A stretch of DNA of 38,793 nucleotides from a virus (Duplodnaviria > Caudoviricetes), in the IMG/VR virus record IMGVR_UViG_3300044528_000037, positions 1-38,793 of that record; one strand, given 5' to 3'. The notes under the pieces were generated by a model. The model ran no database searches, was not told where the DNA came from, and worked only from the letters and a program-made list of their open reading frames with translations. Each line of letters opens with the position of its first letter. The stretch's first letter is position 1. A program made the position numbers and the translations under genes. Shown here in pieces: positions 1 through 9,356 of the stretch.

Positions 1-358
1 CGCGCGGCACGGTGTATGCGGGCGCGGCCCATGTGCCGCCGCCGTTGTTCCACGACAGCGAGTCGAGCGCGAGCACGGTGTTCGCCGTCGTCGTCAAGTT
101 CATCGCTGCGTTGCGGAACGCGCGGAACGTCGTGATCGGTGTCGCCGTACCGCTCGGACCGACCGGACCCTCGGGGCCCTCGTCGCCTTGCGGGCCCGCC
201 GGTCCTTCGGGTCCGCGGTCGCCTTGCGGACCCGGCACCGTCGACGCGTCACCCTGGGGTCCGGGCGGTCCGGTGTTGCCGGTCGGTCCGGTCGAACCCG
301 GCGGACCTTGCGGACCGCGGATGATCCCTACGTCGGTCCAGCCCGGTGCGAGCGTCAC
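1..358 (-). CDS. Collagen-like protein with C1q/TNF-like C-terminal domain, truncated at window edge
   Basis: Not in ORF track. GTG at 358 overlaps the stop of the upstream gene (GTGA). Reads [21 protein letters not shown]...(Gly-X-Y)...[42 protein letters not shown] and runs off the end. Confidence 0.8.
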   Translation of the reverse strand, partial: MTLAPGWTDVGIIRGPQGPPGSTGPTGNTGPPGPQGDASTVPGPQGDRGPEGPAGPQGDEGPEGPVGPSGTATPITTFRAFRNAAMNLTTTANTVLALDSLSWNNGGGTWAAPAYTVPR

Positions 359-765
359 GTCGCTCCGGTCCACACGACGAGCGTGCCGGAGTCTTCGAGA
401 TACCACGCATCGCCTGGGATCTGTCCGCTTGTCGGCAACTCGGTCGCGTCCGCGACGGACCCGCGGAAGCGGAAGCCGGGTCCGGGGTCGCCTTGTTGTC
501 CGGGCGGACCTTCGGGTCCGGTGTTGCCGGTCGCGCCGGTGGCGCCGGTCTCGCCGCGCGGTCCGGTGTCGCCGGTGGCGCCGGGCGCGCCCGGTTCGCC
601 TTGTTGTCCGGGCGGACCTTGCTGTCCGGTCTCGCCGCGCGGTCCGGTGTCGCCGGTGGCGCCGGGCGCGCCCGGGTCACCTTGCGGACCTGTCTGACCA
701 AGTTCGCCTTGTGGTCCGCGCTCGCCTTGCGGTCCGCGGATGACGCCAACGTTGGTCCAGCTCAT
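355..765 (-). CDS. Collagen-like fibre protein
   Basis: ATG at 765 (ATGA overlap, GGGAG upstream); [14 protein letters not shown] then a long Gly-X-Y run, ending [19 protein letters not shown]. Confidence 0.85.
   Translation of the reverse strand: MSWTNVGVIRGPQGERGPQGELGQTGPQGDPGAPGATGDTGPRGETGQQGPPGQQGEPGAPGATGDTGPRGETGATGATGNTGPEGPPGQQGDPGPGFRFRGSVADATELPTSGQIPGDAWYLEDSGTLVVWTGAT
545..675. repeat. 50-bp exact direct repeat (545-594 / 626-675), period 81 bp, inside the collagen gene
   Basis: ccggtctcgccgcgcggtccggtgtcgccggtggcgccgggcgcgcccgg occurs twice. Confidence 0.9.
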
Positions 766-1151
766 GGCGTTACCACTCCCCACACCCACAAGTCGTTGCC
801 GATGATGTAGGCCTCGCCGACGAACGCGCCGGGGTCGGGCAACAGCGCCGGCGATTCGAGCGTGCCCTGTATGCCCGCGAGCGCACCGAGTCCGGGCGGA
901 CCTTGCGGGCCCGTCGGACCTTGGGGTCCGGGCGGTCCGAGTCCGCCGCCCGCCTTGGTGATGTCGACCTCGAATGCTTCGAGGTCGTGCTCGACGTCGA
1001 GCACTTCGGCGCGGCCACCGACCACGTCGGTGATGTCGACCTCGAGGCGGGCGCCGCGCGCGACGACCACGTCGGCCCGAGCGCCACGCGTGACGTCGAC
1101 GTTGGGGCGCGTCGCGCCGGTGACGTCGACGGAGTCGATGCGCCGGGTCAT
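762..1151 (-). CDS. Short collagen-containing structural protein
   Basis: ATG 1151 (ATGA overlap); V/D-rich beta-strand repeats, GPPGPQGPTGPQGPPG, ends [18 protein letters not shown]. Confidence 0.8.
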   Translation of the reverse strand: MTRRIDSVDVTGATRPNVDVTRGARADVVVARGARLEVDITDVVGGRAEVLDVEHDLEAFEVDITKAGGGLGPPGPQGPTGPQGPPGLGALAGIQGTLESPALLPDPGAFVGEAYIIGNDLWVWGVVTP

Positions 1152-1570
1152 ACGCGCGTCACGTCCGGATGGAGCTTGACGCCGCCGGCGACGAGGGTGG
1201 TGACCCACTCGTCCTGTTCGAGCTCGACGTCCCACACCGTGTCGGCGGGCAGCTGCGCCGAGACCGCGGCGGCGAGGCGGAGCGAGATGACGTTGTCCTC
1301 GATGCCGGTGACGAACTCGCCGGCGACGCTGTCGGACTCGTGCGACGTGCGGACCTGCGCGTGCACGACGGCGCCGGTCAGGTCGGCGGGGTCGCCGCTG
1401 TCGTCAGCGAGCACGAGCCGCATCCCGAAGTCGTCGCCGCGGTACAGCTCCAAGTTCACGACGCGGGGCAGCGCGCTCAGGTTCACGGGCCCGCCGTCAC
1501 CGTTGCGCGCCTGCGGCACGTCGAGCTGGGTCGCGGTGTTTCGGGTCATGCGAACGCCAGGTGTGCTCAT
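1148..1570 (-). CDS. Virion structural protein, fibre-attachment/BppU-N-like
   Basis: ATG 1570 coupled to upstream stop; motif LELYRGDDF...DLTGAVVHAQVR...WDVEL...TLVAGGV resembles phage fibre-attachment domains. Confidence 0.6.
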   Translation of the reverse strand: MSTPGVRMTRNTATQLDVPQARNGDGGPVNLSALPRVVNLELYRGDDFGMRLVLADDSGDPADLTGAVVHAQVRTSHESDSVAGEFVTGIEDNVISLRLAAAVSAQLPADTVWDVELEQDEWVTTLVAGGVKLHPDVTRV

Positions 1571-1926
1571 CCTGCCGGTCCTGTCACTCGTCGCAAGTCG
1601 GCTTCCACGTAGCGTTCCTTCGGACCCCAGGGCAGCGCCCAGCGGCGCGGCGGTCCGATCACCTCGAACGTCAGGCCGTTGTGGCGCACGCGGTCGCGTC
1701 CGGTGATCGGCGTGCCCCACAGCAGCCAGATGCGAGCGTCGACGCGCTGCTCGTCGCGCTCGACCATCGTTTCCGACTCCGGGCGCACGCCGATCGGCTG
1801 CACGCACGCCACCACGTCGCGCTCGGTCGTGCGATCCCAGTCGGGCACGTCGGCGCCGTAGGGGTCGGTCGAGCGCTCGGCGGTGACAATCGTGGCGCGC
1901 TCGCGCATGAGCGATCCCAGGCTCAC
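1567..1926 (-). CDS. Head-tail stopper/closure protein
   Basis: GTG 1926 (GTGA overlap); DPYG..PDW, DRVRHNGLTFEVIGPPRRW; follows the adaptor gene. Confidence 0.75.
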   Translation of the reverse strand: MSLGSLMRERATIVTAERSTDPYGADVPDWDRTTERDVVACVQPIGVRPESETMVERDEQRVDARIWLLWGTPITGRDRVRHNGLTFEVIGPPRRWALPWGPKERYVEADLRRVTGPAG

Positions 1927-2357
1927 ACGTAGTCCTCGTCGGGCACGATCACGAGCGCGTCGTCGCGTCCGAAGTCGATGAACCCTTCGGCGAACGGGTC
2001 GACAGCGAAGGGGCTCGGAGTCCACACCGAGCCGTTGCGGTGAGCCGGTCGGGCCCACGGCCCGAGTTGTTCAAGCTCAGCGTCGGTGAGCCCGAGCCCC
2101 TTCGCACCGAAGTATCCGACACGGTAGGAGCCAAGCGCTTCGCTCGACGCTTGTGTCGGGTTCGCCATGACGCGCACGACCACCGTCGCGACGACGCCGG
2201 CGACGAGGGTGGGCACCTCGTCGGGCAGCGGCACCGTGGCGGCTTCCACCGCGGCGCTCGCGTGCTCGATGAGCCACTCCACCCGCGCGCGGTCGTCGTC
2301 GGGCACGGGCACTCCGGACAGGAACGCCACGTCCTCGACGGTGGCCAACGCGGTCAT
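1923..2357 (-). CDS. Head-to-tail adaptor
   Basis: ALATVEDV N-terminus, VVVRVMANP..SEALGSY motif; immediately after the capsid gene. Confidence 0.8.
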   Translation of the reverse strand: MTALATVEDVAFLSGVPVPDDDRARVEWLIEHASAAVEAATVPLPDEVPTLVAGVVATVVVRVMANPTQASSEALGSYRVGYFGAKGLGLTDAELEQLGPWARPAHRNGSVWTPSPFAVDPFAEGFIDFGRDDALVIVPDEDYV

Positions 2358-3391
2358 CAGCTCGAGGACCGCTTCGCGGTCGCGCCGGTCGCCTTCATCG
2401 GTGCCGACGTTTCCTCGGGTCCGCCGGCGCCGCCCGCACCGGCGCGCTCGGCGCCCTTGACGGTCGAGAACGGGAACGTGAAGTCGTTGGTGCGGCGAGA
2501 GAGCGGCTTGCCGACGACGTACCCGAGGCGCATGTGCACACGCATCAGGATCTGGTCATCCTGGAACGCGTTGACGACGACCTTGCCGTCCTCGTCGGTC
2601 ACCACCGCGTCGGTGCTCTGATCGACGCGCAAGTCCTGACGGATGCCGACGATGAGCTTCGACCAGTCGCCGGTGATCAGGTCTACGACGTCGGGATCGA
2701 ACACGCCGCCCGCCGAGTACATGATGGGCAGTCCCCACAGCGTGCCGGGCGCCCCGGCGGTGAGCGCGGGCGCGAAGATCGGCTGCCCGTCACTCGCGCG
2801 CAGGCCGCGCAGCTGCCCGTTGATGGAGATGTCGGCGGCGTGCCCGGTGATCGCGAGTCCGGCGCTCTCCACGTCGATCATCGCTTGATTGACGGACTCG
2901 GCGAGGTCGGGTTGTCCGCTCGCCGCCGGGGTGTGCGGACCGCCGTAGGCGGCGATCGCTTGTCCGGCGATCCCGCCCGCACCTTGCGCGACGAACGTCG
3001 GCGGCGCGTTGACGCCGAACAGGATCGCGGTGTCGATGCTCCAGCTGATGGCGTCGACCATGTACTGGCGGACCTCGGGCCATACCGGGATGCCCGCGTC
3101 GTCGATGAGCGCTTCCGGTACGGCGATGATCGCGGCGACTTCCTCCGCGGTCAGTCGGTCGCTCGTCCATGCGATCGTCGTCACCGGCTTGCGGCCGCCG
3201 ATGCCGTTGACCCAGCCCGACGTCGGGAGGGTCTTCATAATCGGGATGGTCACCGCCGCGGTCGGCATCGTCTGTGTGCGCGCCAAGCGCATGACGACGC
3301 TCTGCTCGCGGATGGCTTGGATGATTTCGCGAGAGATGGAGACCGGAACGAGTTGCTCCGGGATGATCACATCGTTGTTTCCGTTGGGCAT
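2357..3391 (-). CDS. Major capsid protein (HK97 fold)
   Basis: LVPVSISREII, WVNGIGGRKP, GTLWGLPI, GDWSKLIVGIRQD, NAFQDDQILMR; GGAGG RBS. Confidence 0.92.
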   Translation of the reverse strand: MPNGNNDVIIPEQLVPVSISREIIQAIREQSVVMRLARTQTMPTAAVTIPIMKTLPTSGWVNGIGGRKPVTTIAWTSDRLTAEEVAAIIAVPEALIDDAGIPVWPEVRQYMVDAISWSIDTAILFGVNAPPTFVAQGAGGIAGQAIAAYGGPHTPAASGQPDLAESVNQAMIDVESAGLAITGHAADISINGQLRGLRASDGQPIFAPALTAGAPGTLWGLPIMYSAGGVFDPDVVDLITGDWSKLIVGIRQDLRVDQSTDAVVTDEDGKVVVNAFQDDQILMRVHMRLGYVVGKPLSRRTNDFTFPFSTVKGAERAGAGGAGGPEETSAPMKATGATAKRSSS

Positions 3392-3536
3392 GACACCTCC
3401 AAGCGTTCGTAGGACTTGAACTGCTTGGGCATCACGCCCCGGTCACCGCGGCCTCTCGCCTTGGCGACTCGCCGCTCGCGCGGCTTCTGCGTGAGCGCAC
3501 TCGCGCTCGCGCATCGCTGTCGAGTATGCGCCGGTG

Positions 3537-4088
3537 CTACTGAGCGCGCAAACGACGCAGCCAGGACTCGCCGTCCGATGACGGCGGCGCCGGCGAGCCC
3601 GGCGCGCCGCGCGTGCCCTGGGGCGCACGCGGTGGCTTGCCGTTGTCGGCAGGCTTGGCGAGGTAGGGCTTCGATCGCAGCAGGTCGTCAATCGCCGCTC
3701 CGATGGCGACGGTGTCGATCGCGCCGTCCTCGTCGGCTTCGAAGCGGGTGAGGTCCAACAGCGCGACGACCGCGTCGGGGTCGACGGACTTGTCGGCGGC
3801 TCGGGCCCGCACCTCGGCGGCGAGGAGCTTGGTGCTCACCTCTCCGAGCGCTTCGGAGCGCCCGGCGGCGTGCGCTTCGGCGACGGCACGCTCGGACTCG
3901 CTCAGCGAGTTGCGGCGGAGGTCTTCGAGCTCGGTGGCGACCCGCTTGCGTTCGCGCCGTTCGAGCGCGAGCGCCTTGCGGAGTTCGTCGGCCTCGTTGG
4001 GTCCGGACTCGGGCTCGTTGTCGTCGCCGCTGCCGTCGTCGGGCTGTTCGGGTTCCTCACTCGTTTCGTCGTCGGTCACGTTGGTCAC
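3537..4088 (-). CDS. Capsid scaffolding protein
   Basis: Acidic N-terminus, coiled coil (ALALERRERK), KPYLA motif, position before the capsid gene. Confidence 0.85.
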   Translation of the reverse strand: MTNVTDDETSEEPEQPDDGSGDDNEPESGPNEADELRKALALERRERKRVATELEDLRRNSLSESERAVAEAHAAGRSEALGEVSTKLLAAEVRARAADKSVDPDAVVALLDLTRFEADEDGAIDTVAIGAAIDDLLRSKPYLAKPADNGKPPRAPQGTRGAPGSPAPPSSDGESWLRRLRAQ

Positions 4089-4248
4089 GCTCCTGTTGTG
4101 TCTTGGCGCGGATGATCGGCCCGGTCTCGGAGTCCACGATCATCGAGTCCGCTTCGACGGCCTCGCGGTCGATCGCCGGCGGGCCCCACACGATGTCTTC
4201 GTCGGCGTCCCAGCTGAACTTGCGCGGGTCTCTCGGCGGCGGCGTCAT
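4057..4248 (-). CDS. Small protein coupled to MuF-ART gene, candidate immunity/partner
   Basis: ATG 4248 overlaps the MuF-ART stop (ATGA); 63 aa MTPPPRDPRKFSWDADEDIVWG... Confidence 0.6.
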   Translation of the reverse strand: MTPPPRDPRKFSWDADEDIVWGPPAIDREAVEADSMIVDSETGPIIRAKTQQERDQRDRRRNE

Positions 4249-5450
4249 GGCTTCCACTCCGGTTTCAGCACGATGTGCCCGGGTCCGGGCACGTCGACAA
4301 TCTGCCACCACAGCCCGCGCGGTAACAGCAGCTCCTGTTCGGTCTCGGTCAGCTCACCGGATCCGAGCAGCTCGAACGGCGCGGCGGGGAAGCCTTCGGG
4401 CAGTCGGATCTCAGCGAGCGTGCCGCCGAACCCTTCATCGGCAATCTCCGAGCTGCGAGTCGTGGACACGAAGCCGTCGTCACGGAACCGCTGACCGACC
4501 GTGTTCAGTCGATTGACGTGCGCGCCCTCGCCCATCCCGCGGTAGACCGTCGCTTGGCGCGGGAGGCGGTACTTGTCGATGGCGCGGTCGATGAGCGGCG
4601 CGTCGTCGTCGGTCACTTGGATCGCTTGGGGGCTGGCGTTGGCGCGCGGCTTGCGGAGTGTCCGGTTGATCGTGTTGTAGGTGCCGCCTTGATAGGCGTG
4701 CAACGCGGTGCCCTCGGCCGGGGTCAGCGCGCGGCGGTAGGCGAGCTTGCCGGTCAGGTCGTAGTAGTCGAGCGGCGGGTAGTCGAGTTCGCTGCCGGGC
4801 GGGAGCTTGACGCTCGCAATCTCGTCGTCGTGGATCCACGTGACCGGCGCGATGCCGCAGCCGCAATGCGGGTGCGCCGGCGCCAGGTCACCGACGTTGT
4901 AGGTGTTCGTCGCGATCAGCAGACAGAACGGGCACGCCTTGTACGCGGGCACTCGCCGGTACCCGGCGACGCCCTTGGTGTTGGCGAACGCGTCGACGAC
5001 GGTGCTGCGGTAGACCACGCCGACGTCGGTCATGGCGAGCCCGCGCGCGTCACGGGCGCCCATCTCTCGCGCTTCGTCCCAGCTGTGACCCTCGAACAGC
5101 GCGTTGCGCATCGTGATCACCGGCCGCGCGTAGGCCTCTTCCACGGTGACACCCGAGCGCATGTTGGCGAGCACCTTGGCGACGTCGGCCTGACCGGACG
5201 CGAGGCCGAGTTCGTCAGTCATCCTGGCGGCTTGCGCTTGTGCTTGGAGTGCGGCGGCGTCGTGGACCCCGCGCATCTGCGGCACGAACGTTTCCAGCCA
5301 GGCGTTCAGCTCGTCGTCGGACGCGCCGCCGAGCGCCATGAAGGCGTTGTAGGCCGAGTCGCCGGCGCGCTCGGCCATGCCCGCGGCGACATGCTGTCCC
5401 ATACGGGCGAACCCTGAGACGGTCGGGTCAGGCGGGGCCCGGAGTGCCAC
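4245..5450 (-). CDS. MuF-like minor head protein fused to C-terminal ADP-ribosyltransferase domain
   Basis: YRRV...ACPFC...HPHCGC MuF-type motif; C-terminus has AYQGGTYNTINRTLR, VYRG, FVSTT and EQELLLPRG (R-S-E ART). Confidence 0.85.
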   Translation of the reverse strand: MALRAPPDPTVSGFARMGQHVAAGMAERAGDSAYNAFMALGGASDDELNAWLETFVPQMRGVHDAAALQAQAQAARMTDELGLASGQADVAKVLANMRSGVTVEEAYARPVITMRNALFEGHSWDEAREMGARDARGLAMTDVGVVYRSTVVDAFANTKGVAGYRRVPAYKACPFCLLIATNTYNVGDLAPAHPHCGCGIAPVTWIHDDEIASVKLPPGSELDYPPLDYYDLTGKLAYRRALTPAEGTALHAYQGGTYNTINRTLRKPRANASPQAIQVTDDDAPLIDRAIDKYRLPRQATVYRGMGEGAHVNRLNTVGQRFRDDGFVSTTRSSEIADEGFGGTLAEIRLPEGFPAAPFELLGSGELTETEQELLLPRGLWWQIVDVPGPGHIVLKPEWKP

Positions 5451-6906
5451 TCGGTATCACCGGAGGCGGGAGCGGCGGCGGCGGCGGGATCGGCGCGGCG
5501 AGCGCGGTGAGCATCGCTTCGGCCGCTTGCATCTGCCGCCACCGGATCACCTCTTGCGGCGAGGCGCCCCACCGTTGCCAGAGCACCTCTTGCGGGACGC
5601 CGAGCGTGCCCATCTTCAACAGCGCATCGACGCGCTGGGACTCGGAGCGGGTCTCGAAGTCCATCCAGATGACTTCGGCGGCGACGTCGACGGCGCGGGC
5701 GTCACCGATCGCGCCGAACGCCAACCGCATGACGTCCTCCCACGCTTCGCCGATGTGCTGGGAGCGCCGGCGGACCTTGGAGACGAGGCCGGTCTCGGCA
5801 GCCTTCAACGCGTCACCGCTCGCGTTGACAATCTCGCCAAGGAGGTAGTGCGGCGGCGTCTTGGTGATCGCGGCGAGGTGCGTCACGTCGGCGGCGACGG
5901 AGCGGATGTACCCGGCGAGGTCGGACTCGCCGAACTCGCCGAAGCGCACGGTCTCGTCTTCCGCGACGAGCAGCCGGTCGACCGCAATCTCGAACGGCGA
6001 TTGCAGCACCTCGTTGCCTTGCCCGTCGGTGATCGGCTCGCCGGTCACGGGGTCGCGCATCGACGGCAGCGTGAGGCCGGTGACCCACTTCTGACGGAAC
6101 GCGGCGTACTCGGTCGCGATCATCCGGTTGAGGATCGTGGTGTTGATCCGGTCTTGGATGCTGATGATGCCGTCGACTTCGGAGCGGCCCGGCACTTGCC
6201 CGGCTTCGAGCGGCTCGGTGCGCGGCCACGGTTGCAGCTCGACCACGGGCACGGCGCCGAGCGGGTTGTTGTTGACGTCGACCTCTTGCCAGGATCCCGG
6301 CGGCACGTCGGGCGGCACGTCGGTCGTGCCGAACGTGAGCAGCGGGTTGTCGGTCATCCACTCGTACGACGTTTCGGGAGTGGCGAGCCAGCAGTGGTAG
6401 GTGCCGTCGATGTCTGGCCACACCTTGAGGCTCGCGAGCGTGGTGCGGCGGTTCGCCGGGTCGTGCATCACGATCGTTTGGTAGGGGTGCTCGGGCGCGA
6501 TCCTGACGCCGACCGGCGAGGACTCGTCGGGCCAGACGCTGACGTAGTTGACGCCGCAGATGAGCGCGTCGGTCTGCGCGAGTTCGGCATCGGCGTCCAT
6601 GCCGTTCGCTTGCCAGATCAGCCACGCATCCTCGTCGCCGCCCTGATCACCGAACCGGAAGCCGACGACCTGCAAACGCTCGGCCACCGAATCGATGACG
6701 AGCTGGATCCAGTTCGTCCGTGACTGCGCGAGCAGGCGGCGGTAGGCGTCCCGAGCGGCCTTCGGCGCGCGCGGCAGCGGGTGGTCGCCCTCGTAGTAGT
6801 CGAAGTGCCGGCGGAGCGTCGGCTGCCGTGCGAGCAACTCGTTGAAGAGCACGTCGCGCAGCCACTCCGCTTGATCCGGTTCGGTGTCCGGAACGAGGAA
6901 CGTCAC
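5428..6906 (-). CDS. Portal protein (SPP1 gp6-like)
   Basis: YYEGDHPL, NWIQLVIDSVAERL, IWQANGMD, TPPHYLLG..NASGDAL; directly after terL. Confidence 0.92.
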   Translation of the reverse strand: MTFLVPDTEPDQAEWLRDVLFNELLARQPTLRRHFDYYEGDHPLPRAPKAARDAYRRLLAQSRTNWIQLVIDSVAERLQVVGFRFGDQGGDEDAWLIWQANGMDADAELAQTDALICGVNYVSVWPDESSPVGVRIAPEHPYQTIVMHDPANRRTTLASLKVWPDIDGTYHCWLATPETSYEWMTDNPLLTFGTTDVPPDVPPGSWQEVDVNNNPLGAVPVVELQPWPRTEPLEAGQVPGRSEVDGIISIQDRINTTILNRMIATEYAAFRQKWVTGLTLPSMRDPVTGEPITDGQGNEVLQSPFEIAVDRLLVAEDETVRFGEFGESDLAGYIRSVAADVTHLAAITKTPPHYLLGEIVNASGDALKAAETGLVSKVRRRSQHIGEAWEDVMRLAFGAIGDARAVDVAAEVIWMDFETRSESQRVDALLKMGTLGVPQEVLWQRWGASPQEVIRWRQMQAAEAMLTALAAPIPPPPPLPPPVIPSGTPGPA

Positions 6907-6948
6907 GCGGTGCAGAGGCTACGACGCTTCGTCGTAAGGCTCACGCAC

Positions 6949-8670
6949 CTAGAACCCGGCGACGCGGCCCTTGGGTTTCGGCACCGGGGTCCGGAGCCAT
7001 CCGTCGACCGCGTTGGCGAGCGCGGCGATCGCGTCGATGCGCGCGGCGCGCCGCTGACGGTCGGGCTTGACGAGGCGGAGGTTCTCGCTCGGGTCCTGGC
7101 GCACCTCCGCGCACGACGCGCACCAGGCGGCGACGGGGTTTCCGCCGACCTCGAGGTGGCGTTTGCGGAGCTGGCGGTCGATCTCCTTCAAGGCGCCCGA
7201 GTGCCCGGCGAAGCCTTGCGACACGAGCGACACGTTCAGCTGGGGCACGTCGCGCTGCGCCCACGCCACGGTGCTCGCGCTGTTCCACGGGTCGATACCG
7301 AGGTCCGCCACCGCGAACGTCGACAGGTCGGCGGCGATCTGCTCGTGCAGCGGCTCGTAGTCGACCACGTCGCCATCCGTCACGGTGCACCACCCGGCTC
7401 GGGCCCACTGTTCGAAGGCGCCGCCGGTGATCCGGTTGAGGGTGTCGATCGCGGCTTGCGGGACGTAGTGGCGCCACAGCGCGACGGCGCGCCGGTCGTC
7501 GTCGCCGGGGAAGTACCAGCACAGCGACGTCAGGTCGCTCACGGCCGAGAGGTCGAGTCCGCCGTGGCAGCGGCGCCCGACGAGGTCGAGCTCGTCCACG
7601 TTGGCGCCGGTGCGCCAGCGGCCGGCGGGCAGCCAGCGCGACTCGGCCCGCTGCCAGATGTTCAAGCGGAACTGTCGGAACGACTTGGCCTTCGTGGGCT
7701 CGAGGAGCGCTTCGGCGGCTTCGTCACGCAACGCCTGCAAGCTCAGGAAGGATCCGACCGCCGGGTTCGCGGCGCGGAGCGCTTGCTCGTCGTTCAGCTG
7801 CGCCTCGGGCACGGCGGCACGGATCCAGACGTAGCGGCGGCGGTCGAGCGTGGCGTCGGCGGCGACCCGGCGGCAATAGTTTTCCTCGTTGGCGGCGAAG
7901 CTCACCGGGTCATCACCGACAGTGGTCGCCGCGACCATGAGCGCTTGGGGCCGCGTGCCCATCGCGGTGCGGAGTGCGTTCCACAGCGCGTCGTCGGGCT
8001 GCGTGCAGACCTCGTCGAACATGACGCCGTGGACGTTCTCGCCCAGCGCGTGTTCGGCGTCGGCCGAGATGACTTCGTAGTAGGAGTTGGTGGCGTTGTC
8101 CGCGATCCTGACGGCCTCGTTGCCGCGCACGATCGTGATGCGACCCGCGTCGAGCGCCGGGCGGAGCTTGGGCGACAGTTCGATCATCGTGGCGGCGACG
8201 GCGAAGACCTTGAGTGCTTGGCGCTTGGTGCCCGCGCAGCCGATCAGCTCGGCGCCTTCCTCGCCGTCAGCCAACAGGAGGTACAGCGCGATAGCGGCGA
8301 GCAGCTCGCTCTTGCCGTTCTTGCGACCGGCGCTCAGCCACACGACGCGGTAGACCCGGACCCACTCGCGGTACTCGTCGGACCACTCGACCCAGCCGAA
8401 GACCGGCTCGATGATTTCGGTGCGCTGCCAGTCGGTCAGCTTGAACGGCTTGCGCGACCACCGCGACTTCGTGTGTACGCAACACGTTTCGATGAAGTCG
8501 ATCGCTCGGCGGGCGCGCGGCGCACAGAGATGTCGGCCGTGCCCGTCGCACTCCCAGGGTCCGTCGTGATCGGCGCGCCACCACACCGCCGGCGAGCACG
8601 GTCGGCGGGAGCGATCGCCGCCGGGCTCGGGGCTCGTGCAGCACGCGGCGTGCGCGCTCTGCGTGGTCAC
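6949..8670 (-). CDS. terL: Terminase large subunit
   Basis: Walker A GRKNGKS, Walker B VMFDE, nuclease GLDLS..DLTS and RIDAIAA; Cys/His-rich N-terminal extension. Confidence 0.95.
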   Translation of the reverse strand: MTTQSAHAACCTSPEPGGDRSRRPCSPAVWWRADHDGPWECDGHGRHLCAPRARRAIDFIETCCVHTKSRWSRKPFKLTDWQRTEIIEPVFGWVEWSDEYREWVRVYRVVWLSAGRKNGKSELLAAIALYLLLADGEEGAELIGCAGTKRQALKVFAVAATMIELSPKLRPALDAGRITIVRGNEAVRIADNATNSYYEVISADAEHALGENVHGVMFDEVCTQPDDALWNALRTAMGTRPQALMVAATTVGDDPVSFAANEENYCRRVAADATLDRRRYVWIRAAVPEAQLNDEQALRAANPAVGSFLSLQALRDEAAEALLEPTKAKSFRQFRLNIWQRAESRWLPAGRWRTGANVDELDLVGRRCHGGLDLSAVSDLTSLCWYFPGDDDRRAVALWRHYVPQAAIDTLNRITGGAFEQWARAGWCTVTDGDVVDYEPLHEQIAADLSTFAVADLGIDPWNSASTVAWAQRDVPQLNVSLVSQGFAGHSGALKEIDRQLRKRHLEVGGNPVAAWCASCAEVRQDPSENLRLVKPDRQRRAARIDAIAALANAVDGWLRTPVPKPKGRVAGF

Positions 8671-9143
8671 CCGAGGAAGCGCGCGGCCTCAGGGTCGAGC
8701 GGAGCGCCGCCGGGCGCGCCGGATGCGAGCCGGGCCCGGATCTGAGAGCGTGACGCGGGCGTGAGCCCGAACTCGCGGCACCACGCCAGCACGTCGCGGC
8801 CTGCTTCGCGCGCGAGCAGCGCCGCCGGGTTGCGGCGGGGCTGGCGCTTCTCGTCGATGATCAGCGGCCCGACACTGTTGACGAGGTTTGAGGTGCGCTC
8901 GAAGTCCCACCAGCGCTGCGCCAAGGCGAGCAGCGCGAAGCGATCGCCCGCGCCGAGCACGCCGGTCGGCGCCAGCACCTCGACCAGCGCATCCCAGGTC
9001 CGGAGCACGTTGTCGTCAACGTCGACCGGCCGCGGCGGCGCGCCGGGCTCGAAGTGCAGCTCGTCGTCGTTGATGCGGCTGGGGCGCTCACCGTGTAACA
9101 GCTTGAGTGCGGTGGGGCGCGGGCGGCGCCCGGTTTTGGCCAC
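8667..9143 (-). CDS. terS: Terminase small subunit, P27 family
   Basis: GTG 9143; GRRPRPTALKLLHG...NPA...EFGLTPASR. Confidence 0.9.
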   Translation of the reverse strand: MAKTGRRPRPTALKLLHGERPSRINDDELHFEPGAPPRPVDVDDNVLRTWDALVEVLAPTGVLGAGDRFALLALAQRWWDFERTSNLVNSVGPLIIDEKRQPRRNPAALLAREAGRDVLAWCREFGLTPASRSQIRARLASGAPGGAPLDPEAARFLG

Positions 9144-9356
9144 CTCAGCCCCGCCCGTAGCGGGCCCGGAGAGGGCCCTCAGGGGCGATCTGAGCCCTTC
9201 CGGCGCCCCAGGCGGCTGTTCGGGGCCCAGCGACGGCCTGGGACAAGTACGGGGACATCTGCCGCTGGGGACTCGGCGTGCGCCCAACCCTTCGGGCCGC
9301 GCCGGCGGTCGGGGGGTGCCCCCACCTCGTGGTGAGCGCCAGCGCAGCCGGAGCGG
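9144..9356. other. Putative cos/packaging region
   Basis: Gap between HNH and P27 terS, the usual cos position in such phages; contains ggggggtgccccc at 9311-9323 and several short palindromes. Exact cut site not identifiable. Confidence 0.4.

Noticed and set aside
480-700. Repeats that might be a CRISPR array or DGR template
   Set aside because: They encode Gly-X-Y collagen in frame; no unique spacers, cas genes or reverse transcriptase in the window
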